A stretch of DNA of 64,000 nucleotides. It comes from Rhynchobatus australiae (lineage: Eukaryota). How positions within the stretch are numbered: position 1 is the stretch's first letter; each line of letters starts with the position of its first letter. Below the pieces are notes generated by a model. The model saw nothing but the letters and a program-made list of their open reading frames with translations, searched no databases and had not been told where the DNA came from. The stretch covers positions 22,878,963 to 22,942,962 of the forward strand of contig JAUZTB010000066.1 of assembly GCA_034780895.1 (NCBI GenBank), given 5' to 3'. The translations under genes and the position numbers were made by a program. Below, in pieces: positions 40,715 to 50,525 of the stretch.

Positions 40715-41260
40715 ACTTATGCACTTATTGCCCATGTGCAAGCTGCTTTATGTTGGTTCCTGTTGCAGCAACTCCTCGATTTATTTAAAAAAAAATTCCT
40801 CCCTGTTTTCAAATGTGGCTCCATTCCTCTCCTGCTCCGCGACCTCCTTCAGCCTTCAAAGAGCTTAAGGTCTCTACATTCCTACAATTCTGGCCTTTAC
40901 CATAACCCCAACATTAATTGGTGCCAGTGGCTTCAAGTTGGACCCTGAGCCCTGGACCTCCCACCTTAAAACTCTCCACCTCAGTTTAAAACTATCAGTC
41001 TGAGTAACCTTTTGTCATTGTTTCTCATCATCGTCTTTCATGGCTCAGTGTCAAGTTTTATATCCATGCATACTCCAAAGAAGCACTTTGGTACGCCAAG
41101 TGCTTTATATAACAGGAAGGCTACTACNNNNNNNNNNNNNNNNNNNNNNNNNNNNNNNNNNNNNNNNNNNNNNNNNNNNNNNNNNNNNNNNNNNNNNNNN
41201 NNNNNNNNNNNNNNNNNNNNNNNNNNNAGTGCTTTATATAACAGGAAGGCTACTACACAA
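40715..41260 (+). mobile_element. Decayed L2 LINE 3' end
   Basis: acctccttcagcc...tcctacaattctggcct...ggaccctgagccctgg...tggctcagtgtcaa...aagcactttgg...tgctttatataa. Confidence 0.55.
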
Positions 41261-41769
41261 ATACAGATAATCAATTATTTTCACCAGTTTAGAAGAAGGT
41301 TACTGAACCCAGTACTTTCACTGCTGCCTTGGCTCATGTCAGCCAACTTCATGTTTTAAACCAGGGAATCCTCCTTGTGTCTATTGTTCGGTTTTATTTT
41401 GTTCTTCCTTTTAAAATCTTAAGGCCACATGTCATATTTTTTACCTCTGCATCACAGCGTGGTTGAATTTGTGCATGAGCTGTGTGAAGTGGGAATTGCA
41501 AATGCAAATTTGGATCTTGGGAATTTCTTTCCTCTTTTGAAAGATTCAGTGTTGTTGTCAAAATATTCTGTTTGAGAGGAGCCAGTTACTTCTGAGAACA
41601 GAAACCAACAGATCAGCTGTCAATAATGCAAATTATTCATTCATCAGTTTAGAGGCAATCATTAATCTTCCAGTATTAATGAAACTAGCAAGCAGTTCTC
41701 AAAACACCCATTTCACACAAAGAACAGTAGGAATTTGGAGCTTGATTTGCCAGACTGTTTTTGTGTTCT

Positions 41770-41925
41770 TGGCCAGTTGGAGATTTCAAGACAGAGATTG
41801 ATCAGTTTTTGTGAGTTACAGATATCAAGGGACATAAAGCAGAGGCAGACAAATGGAGTTGAGGCCCCTTATCTCATCACATGATAGCACAAGACCAAGG
41901 GGTAGAAAGGCCTCTTCTTGTTCGT
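41770..41925 (+). mobile_element. Short CR1 3' fragment
   Basis: atttcaagacagagattgat...gatatcaagggac...aaatggagttgagg...aaggcctcttcttgttc. Confidence 0.55.
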
Positions 41926-43319
41926 CATCTCCTTCAAGCACTTCACATGAAATTAAAATTTACTGAAAATAGACTCTGGTTATCCAATCAGGCATATTTT
42001 CTGATGAAACAATTGATACTGGTTGACCATATAGTCTGAGCTCAGAAATTTATCCAGGCCAGGGTGATTTTCCCAGTGAGACCAGGTGTCCTGTGGCTTG
42101 ATCATTTGTTGGTGTTTTACCATCAAAAAGATCAATGACATGCTTGAGTTTGTTATGTTTTTGGTGAGTCAGATATGGAAAAGGTTAAAAGTACTGGGGC
42201 TTGGACTGGATTAAGATGGTTGTGGTTGGGTCAGGTCAGGTTTGGGTCAAATACTCATTTTTATACCCAAGCAGACAACAGGAAGGCCTTGTGTTTATTT
42301 CTTGTGCATCAGCAAATGATGAGCTGCTAGCTAGTGATGTGGGAAAGAGGAAAGATAAATAAGAGTTGCATCAGTTAATCTCTTCAAGCCAGGGTGCAGC
42401 TGTGATGTCTACTGTGAGACACAGTCTGCTGTCTCTCACTGTCCAGTATCACACAAAAGACAACAGTAACATGAATGAGGTTCCATAAGGCTGCTACTGC
42501 TTCCTGGGCTCCTGTAATACAGCAACAGAGGACTAGCTGCTTGTGGCTTCAAGTTCTGAGTACAGTCTACTTCCATTTACACAAAGTACTGATCTGTTAA
42601 TGAACTCTTGGTGGAAGGAAGTCTGTTAGTGTCACTGTGATTTAATGAGAGCTTAAAACTATTGAAATCCAAGTCCTCAGTTGAGTAAACTATTGACACT
42701 TAGGTTTTTAAAGATTAAAGCTGAATTTGACTCAGTTGGTCAGGTTGCAGAGGGAGACAAGGACAAGTCGAACCATTGACCAGTCACGATTCAGGAGAGG
42801 AGGAGGAAAGGAGAAATCACCAGATAAAGATAAAACATTAGGGTTAAGATGATTGCATTCAAACCAAAGCAGATCTGCATTCTCAGGTGATCACACTGAT
42901 ACGGGAACAATCTCCACGGATGTGAAGTGAGTTGGTACTTGGCACAGACAGGCCTTGACACTAGTCACAGTTTGATTTGAGTGCGATTGCACTGTGCAAA
43001 ACCAAGGCATAGCTGAAATTAGGCGTTGTCAGTAAATCAGTGAATAGCACTTGTATTAGACTATCTCTTTTCCCTTTCAAAAAGAGGAATCAGATTTCGA
43101 TTGCCATCATAGTCAATTGTGCATGTAATTGAACACTATTCACAGCAGGTTTAATATTCCTTTACCTTTAACCTTGAGAAGGCATTCTACCTGTTAAGGC
43201 ATCACAAGGCCAATAATTAATACATGAGTTTTTGTTTGAGTTGTGTCTGGCTTCTCATTCCCTGCCTCAATTTTCATCTGCAGGGTGGGGTATTTTTTTT
43301 CCCTCTTTCATATATTCTG

Positions 43320-43700
43320 ACTGACAGATTAACTTATGTTTTAGAAGGCAAAAAGAAAACGAGGGTACTGTCAGATTTGCTTGTTCGAAAATTAGATTAA
43401 ATGCCATTGTCACTTGCAAAGGATTGCAGTGTTCAAGCGATAAGGTTACATTTAATGAGAGGAAAGAGCCTCCTCGCAGGGGATGATGATTTTCTTCTGT
43501 CAGGTTGGTGCTTTATCACAGAACCTGATACTGCTGCACCCTGGCAGCTGCTGATAATGGATGATCAAGAACAGTGTACCACTTCAATCGCCGCTCTGCT
43601 CTAAGAGACAACTTATCGCCCATTTCAACTGTGGGGACTGGGAAATAATTAGCAGCTAACATGTGTCTTGTGAGCGGCAGTGCATCACCCGCTGCCAAGC
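43320..43700. promoter_or_regulatory. Candidate enhancer/CNE upstream of the exon
   Basis: Three Meis/TALE TGACAG sites (43322, 43368, 43497), GATA sites, CAGCTG (43545) and TAAT cores in unique sequence. Confidence 0.4.
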
Positions 43701-44295
43701 TCTTCCACTGTTCCTTCCTTCCTGCCAGGCCGGCTCAGTCTTTGCCTCGACAGAAGGCTCGAGTTCAGAAGGTTGAGTTNNNNNNNNNNNNNNNNNNNNN
43801 NNNNNNNNNNNNNNNNNNNNNNNNNNNNNNNNNNNNNNNNNNNNNNNNNNNNNNNNNNNNNNNNNNNNNNNNNNNNNNNTGAGTTACCCACATGAATGTA
43901 ATGACTTCTTTAGTTAAACCAGGAGAGTATTAGCCTCTGAGCAATCCTTTAATAATTGGGATGGAGAGAAAGGGGAAAATGAGCACAGATGAAAATTCTT
44001 GTGTCGACTAATAACCAGGCAGCAGAAAATCTCTTGTGGAGAAATGATGTTTTGCATAATTTTGGTACATAAATTCATTGTTATGCTTAACTCTGATTTG
44101 GACCCTCTCAAAAAAAATAATGACATAGTCCATAAAACAGTAGGGCGTTTTGCATCCAGAAAAATGTGCTAAAACAGGACATGCATCACCCCTTTGAGCC
44201 ACACTCAGTTGAATATGGCTGTGCAGTAATCAAATGAGGGCATCATGCATTAAAGGCACACTTCCTTTAGAAGTCAGACATTAATGACATACATT

Positions 44296-46480
44296 ATGGC
44301 TGCATAGGAGAGGGGTACTACAGGAAAGGGAGGGAGAGCTCCAAACTTTGCAAAAGAACGTAGAAGTCCTGGTTAATGAAATTTATGCCAAGAGGGTAGT
44401 CTTGCGTGCTGCAAGGTGACAACTGATCCTCTGGCGCTGCCGGGTTACCAAAGTTGTCTACTGTGGGTGACAAAGTCCCTGGGCAATGATTTGTCAAGAT
44501 GAGGTGCATATTACTAACATACAGACTCACTAATGCACAGACCCACACACACAGGCTGTTACTCCATCCACACCCTCACTTTACCGTTGACCTTCTGCTC
44601 TCTCCACTCCCCACACAGAGGTTGATCTTCCAAATGAGGGATAATGAAAAGAACCAAGGGCACAAGTACACAATTCCTTAAATGGGTAGACAGGGTGGTG
44701 AAGAAGGCATGTGATGTGCTTGGCTTCATTGGTCATGACATTTAGTGCAAGAGTTAAGATGTCATGATACAGCTGTACAAAATCTTGGTTGGGCCACACA
44801 TGGAGTATTGAGTACAGTTCTGGTAACCATGCTTTGGGAAGGATGTGATTAAGCTAGAAAGGGTACAGGGAAGATTCACAAGGATGTTGCCTGGACTGGA
44901 GAGCTTGAGCTACAAGGAGAGATTGGATCGACTGGGACTGCTTTCCCTGGAGCGAAGGAGGCTAAGGGGTGACCTTATAGAAATTTACAAAATCATAAGG
45001 GGCATAGATAGGGCAGGTAGACACAGTCTTTTTTTCCAGGGTAGTGTTGTCTAAAACTCAAGGGCATAGGTTTAAGGTGAGAGGGGAAAGCTTTAAAGAG
45101 GATCTGAGGGCAAGTTTTTCACACAGAGGGTGGTGGTTGTATGGAATGAGCTGCCAACGGAAGTGGTAGGGGCAGATGCAATTGCAACATTTAAAATACA
45201 TTTGGACAGCTTCATGGACAGGGATGGTTTAGAAAGATATGGGCCAAAGACAGGCAAATTGAACTCATGTAGATAGGCACCTTGGTCAGCATGGATGAGT
45301 TAGGCAAAAGGGTCTGTTTCCATGCTGCATGACTCCATGACTCTATGACACAGTGACCTTCACTTCATCCATTTACACTAAGATGGCAAGAAATTAGAGG
45401 GAGACCTCCCACATGGTGACAAGCTCTTATGTGTTCTGTATCTCACTGAGCAACTGACCTGCTCTTCATGAGCAGAGGGGCTACCAATGACCAGTGAATG
45501 CTGAGGAATGAACAGAACTATTTAGGAGACACATGTCATGTGGAGAATCACCAGGTGTAGGGGGCTTGCTAGAAGATGGGTGCACGCATCTGCACTGCCC
45601 CAAAGGGCTCAGATCAGGATGTTTTCAAGTTGATGCATGTGCGTGTTGAGATGGTTTGTAACCCATTAGATGTGCCTCAACAACTGCAGGGGATAACAAG
45701 GAGGCTATGGACATTTCTTTGCTGGGAATCAGCCACTGTCTTATCACACATTGCCTGTGGTTCAGGGGATTGCTGTTGTGCAGGTGTAGATAGAAGCCAC
45801 ACCAAGTCTGGCTGCTTCTACACAGTCTTGCCCTGATCCAGCTGGAGCTCTGGTGTCTGCCACACAGGAGCAGTTTGAAGTTCTAAGGGAGAAGTGTTAT
45901 GCTGCCAGAGGGCAACTTGATGTCTTAACTGAGCAGAGTGATTCCACTTGTGAGCAGATTGCTGCTCACAGTGGAGACGGGGATGCAACCAGTCAGCAGC
46001 TTGCAGTTCTGCAAGAGCCAAGGACTGCTGATGTCAGTAGAGTGATACCACCTTTCATCAGATCACTGTCCAGAGGAGCAGAGGTATGGCACATGGGAAT
46101 TCATCTCACTTCTGCAGGAGCAGTGACACAGTTTGGCACCCAAACTCTCAGCTGCCTTCATCATGGGCAGTCCTGTTCAGATTGTGCAGAGCTTGAAGAC
46201 AGCAGGGACAAGACTCATATGATTCGAGGTTTGCAAACTGGCTCAGCTCAGAGTCTGGAGATTGAAAATGGTGGGATATGCTAGAAAGTTCTTCCATCAT
46301 TATCTTGCCTCTCCACGCACCCACCCCCCACCGTCCCAGACAAGAGAATGTCTAGTGTGCAGATTCAGGAGGGGGCATCAATTTTTCACCCATCACAGTA
46401 CCTCAAACAACACGCTTGCCTGTGTCCCGGTACCAACCATTCTAGATTGCTTCTATCGGCCCTGGGTAGCAGTCTGAAGC
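44296..46480 (+). pseudogene. Harbinger Myb/SANT-like ORF remnant split by a CR1 insertion
   Basis: 44332-44410 reads GRAPNFAKE then, after a 1-nt frameshift, VEVLVNEIYAKRVVLR, matching RAPNFS..ELEVLV.EV..R..VLF. Extension beyond the CR1 (45350-46480) is inferred and weaker. Confidence 0.5.
44680..45348 (+). mobile_element. Relatively young CR1 LINE 3' fragment
   Basis: ORF IKLERVQGRFTRMLPGLESLSYKERLDRLGLLSLERRRLRGDLIEIYKIIRGID; terminal atgactccatgactctatga repeat. Confidence 0.95.
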
Positions 46481-46842
46481 TGACTCATCTGGAGCAAGAA
46501 CCAATGATGTAGTGAAATTAGACATCTACTCTATTTTGCACCTTCTCTTGATGCATTTGATTGCAAAAAAAAACACAAATAGGTGAGATGTGATTGCTTG
46601 TACAGGAAAGGATGACAGTACACCATTCAGATCCATCTGTGCGCTGACAGAAGCACCATGTACTGGATGGCACTTTATGGAAGTCCAAATACACCACATC
46701 CACTGGTTTACCCTTTTCTATTCTACTAGCTACAACCTCAAAGAACTCGAGTTGACTTGTTTAACGTGCGGAGGCCAAATAGCCTATTACAGTTTTGACT
46801 TAGGGTCTTGTAGTTTCCCTTTCTCTGTTGACTCTGCCCTTG

Positions 46843-46978
46843 GGCAGGCATGGTAGTGCAGTGGTTAGTGTAACGCTATTACAGCACCAGCAACCTGGGT
46901 TCAATTCCAGAGTGTGTACGTTCTCCCAGTGTCTGCGTGGGTTTCCTCCAGGCGCTCCGGATTCCTCCCACATTTCCA
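46843..46978 (+). mobile_element. 5' half of a V-SINE/HE1-like SINE
   Basis: ggcatggtagtgcagtggttagtgtaacgctattacagcaccagcaacctgggttcaattcc (A/B boxes) plus an internally deleted core. Confidence 0.85.
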
Positions 46979-47877
46979 ATCTGTGGAAAGTACTCCAGAA
47001 TATATGGAGTTTTGGAAGAGAACAAGAAGTGCATCCATGGGATTCTTTGCCAGCTTCCTTATAATCTTGGGTAAAGAAATGGGTGCTGATCAATCCAGCT
47101 TCTGGGCTCCTACCTCTTGTGCATGGAAGGCTTTTCCAAAATGTGCCTCACATAAAAGATGGTGTCCAGAAGTCCTGAGAGAGACCACTGAGGAGTTGGT
47201 TGAAAATGTATTTTTGAAACTAACTTCGTTCTTTTGAACCATGCTTTAACTTTTTAACGGTGTAATCTGAGTTTATGTGGAAAGTAAGTGCAGTTGATGC
47301 TAATGAGGTCACCGAGTGCCACTAAGTTAAGTTTAAAGTGGTATGGGAAGCATGGATGGGGTGATGAAACTAAAACCATATTACTTAGTCCAAAAGCAGG
47401 TGTTGCAGCTTGCTTTGTGACTGGCATGCGCAGAGTCTGCCCAGTTGATTGCAACTTGATGTTTTAATGAAAATTTTCGAGATCAAGGATGTATTAAGTG
47501 TGTACCAAATCAGGTCGAAAAATGGTGGAATTTGTGTCTCTGGGTGTCTTTTGCTGGTCAACAGGGTTTTCATGTCCAAAGCGTTACACGTTAGTGGAAG
47601 TGTCCAGACCAAAAAAAGGTGTTCAGAACTGTTTGAGTCACTAGTTAAAGAAAATAACAAAATGGTATTTTTACACTCCATGTGCGGACAGTGATTTTCA
47701 GCACACATTTCATATGTGTGTATAAGGTGTGACCAGCAAATAGAGTTTTTAAATAAATACTCTGGCTCTATCTTGTGGAGAGTTTAAGTAACTACATTCT
47801 TTCATTTTTCTCTAAGATAGTAATGCTTCAATTTCTTAATTTAAAATATAACTTTTCCTTTTTATGTTCTGCTCTAG

Positions 47878-47926
47878 GTTTCGGATGCCACTTCTGAGAA
47901 ACTTTTCAATACGACCACAAGCAAAG
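47878..47926 (+). CDS. AUTS2: Internal coding exon of an AUTS2-family gene (equivalent to AUTS2 exon 6; paralog AUTS2/FBRSL1/FBRS unresolved)
   Basis: Polypyrimidine tract and acceptor ttttcctttttatgttctgctctag|GTT; donor AAAG|gtaggc. The 49 nt translate as VSDATSEKLFNTTTSK plus 1 nt (phase 0 to phase 1). This resembles the recalled human AUTS2 exon 6 peptide ASDASSEKLFNTVIVNK, which has the same phases. Confidence 0.85.
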
Positions 47927-49249
47927 GTAGGCCCCATCCCATCTTCTCATCAGTTGTCTCCTGCACAGGCCTCCTGACCTTGAGCCGTATGCAAAGTGGC
48001 ACTTTTAAACTGCTAATTGCAGTGAAAAGCTTTTAGCTTTGAGTATTTCATTTTGGTTTGCAGCCAAAGAGGGCGACCAGCGAATCAACATTCCTACTAC
48101 ATTGCTGGTAACCAGGGTGAAAGGCTCTTCAGTTGTAGAAGCAAAGGATGATTGATTAACAAAAGGCCTTTCCTCTTGCCCTGGCTTTCTTTCTAGATTT
48201 GAATGTATTTCCCACATTCTCATCTTTGTTTACTCATACAGTTTGATTTGTGCCATCCATTTAGTTGTGAATAGCCATGCTTGACAGAGGTTCTTTATCT
48301 CCTTGCAACTTTTTGAGGTGATTTAGTTCTTGTGATAGGATTAAGTTTTCTTTGTGAAGCCTTAAATCAACAGCAGCTTTCCATATATAAAAACATTGCC
48401 AGGAAACACAACACAAATAGTCCTTTGGTGTATTTCCCTCCATCTTCATTTCCATGAAAATAACTTCATTTTCTCTCCTCATGAGTGTTGTCTTCATGCC
48501 ATATGTTAATTTGTGTTGCCAGCACGAGTGACAAGAGATAAATGTTAATGCAGGTGTTGGAGGCTTGGACACTTGGTATTTTTATTGGGATGGGACGGGA
48601 CGGGTAGGGGGAGGGTTGGGGAGATTAACGAATGCACAGGAACTGTTGTTCTGGGGAATTTGCATTCACTCTCCCAATACATCGAAGAAATCCCCTTTGA
48701 AAGGAGTCTTTTGGTGAAGAAATAATCTGAATAGCTGCTTCAAGGCAGGTGCACGAGTGAACAGTACTTTGTGGTGGGGTCATCTTCACAGATGCACAAT
48801 GTGTTTAAGCTTCTTGCAAATGTTAGGAATACTTTCTTGTATGATGTTGTTTTGGTTAAAGATGTTTGTACTAGACTGCCATTAAATCTGTGACTTCCAT
48901 TTAAAATTGTATGAAATATTATGACATTCTCATTTTAAAATGCATGAGTGAGGGGAAAAGATCTCATTTCCCAGTGTTGTGATTGATCTTGATTCTACTT
49001 TAGAATGTGTCAATCTAATTTTAATGTTACATCCATTGGTGGTTGACTGTTCTTCCTGTTTTGTTTATAATTACATATTTCTTTTTGGTTTCACTCTGTC
49101 GAAAATATTTCATATTGAGAATTCAGTAGAGGCATTTGGATCTCTCTGCTTTCAGTTTATATCCATTTGTCACAGTTGGGTGATAAATTAATCAAAACTG
49201 GAATCTCAATCCAAGTTCTATGTTAGCCCTTCTGCTGGAGGCAGGCTCT

Positions 49250-49722
49250 CATTCGAGGGCATTCCTTCAGAGTCTTGTCCAAGTGACAGATGTTTGTGTG
49301 CGAGCTGAAACAGTAAGTATCTGAAGGCCATGTAGGCCTAAGAAGTGCCCCAGCCAAACTCGATTTATTGTCAGCTGTGGCTTAGTTTACCTTGCCCCAA
49401 GTCAGAATGAGTCCGTTCCATTCCAGAGAAACAAGTGTAAAAAAAACTTGATGTTCAAACGAGGTCCTGCCTATCCCATTTTAGAAGATCCTGTGGCACT
49501 TGTTTGAGGACAAACCAGGATATTCTCCCTGATGTTGCGGCAATTTTTATCTCACATCCAACATCACTGATGTTGATTATCTGGTCATTGTTGTGTTGTT
49601 ATTAGTGGGATCCTACTAATTACCTGTCACATATACTACCGAGCAACAATGACTACTTTTCAAAAGCACATCATTGACTGCAAAGCATCTAGGATGTTCT
49701 GATACAAATGCAGGTCTTTTTA
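49250..49722 (+). mobile_element. Old SacSINE1/Deu-domain SINE
   Basis: aaacgaggtcctgcct...agatcctgtggcacttgtttgagg...aacatcact...gattatctggtcatt...aaatgcaggtcttt. Confidence 0.65.
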
Positions 49723-50194
49723 TCCAATAGATATCTACAAGTGTACTCTTTCAGCATGGGTCACTGATGGTAATCATGGATGAGAACTCTGGGTTATTCT
49801 TTTAGCCCACATGACAATTGATCTAACTGTGTCCTCACATAGCCATGGCTCAGCACAATTAACCTAGCACAGTGTAGGATTAAAACAATAGAACTTTGCT
49901 GCTCTGTATAACTCACCATGACTTGCTCCCACACACACCACAATTAACAGGCGNNNNNNNNNNNNNNNNNNNNNNNNNNNNNNNNNNNNNNNNNNNNNNN
50001 NNNNNNNNNNNNNNNNNNNNNNNNNNNNNNNNNNNNNNNNNNNNNNNNNNNNNNNNNNNNNNNNNNNNNNNNNNNNNNNNNNNNNNAAGAAGATGGGGTT
50101 GCTGTATCTACTTGTTTTGTATACACCACCACACAACCATCTGAAGACATCTGTAGTTGACTGTCTGTGCTTCGAACAGTCCTTGCTCCCTGGA

Positions 50195-50375
50195 GACACA
50201 AGAGACTGCAAATGCTGGAATCTGGAGTAAGAATCAGCTGGAGGAACTCAGCGGGTTGAGCAGCATCTGTGGGGGGAGGAAATTCTGAGCTCTGATGCAC
50301 AGTTTCGACCTGAAACGTCAACGTGCCCTTTCCCCTCACTGATGCTACTTGACCTGCTGAGTTCCTCCAGCAGGT
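50195..50375. mobile_element. Penelope-terminus-derived palindromic (MITE-like) element
   Basis: Inverted arms at 50238-50267 (ctggaggaactcagcgggttgagcagcatc) and 50341-50370 (gatgctacttgacctgctgagttcctccag). Confidence 0.75.
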
Positions 50376-50385
50376 CGTTTATTAG

Positions 50386-50525
50386 TCCTTGTTGTCTTTT
50401 CTCTTGGGCAGTCCCTCGGGATCGAGGATGACTTGTTGCCACTCTGGTTCTCAGGTGACTTGTGAGGCTAATGTGGGAATTGGAAACTCTTCTACAGGTG
50501 GGGCAGGAGGTGCCTGAGAGTCAGT
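50386..50525 (-). mobile_element. RTE LINE 3' terminal fragment
   Basis: ggcagtccctcgggatcgaggatgacttg is the reverse of an RTE 3' end and matches 55290-55320. Confidence 0.7.
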
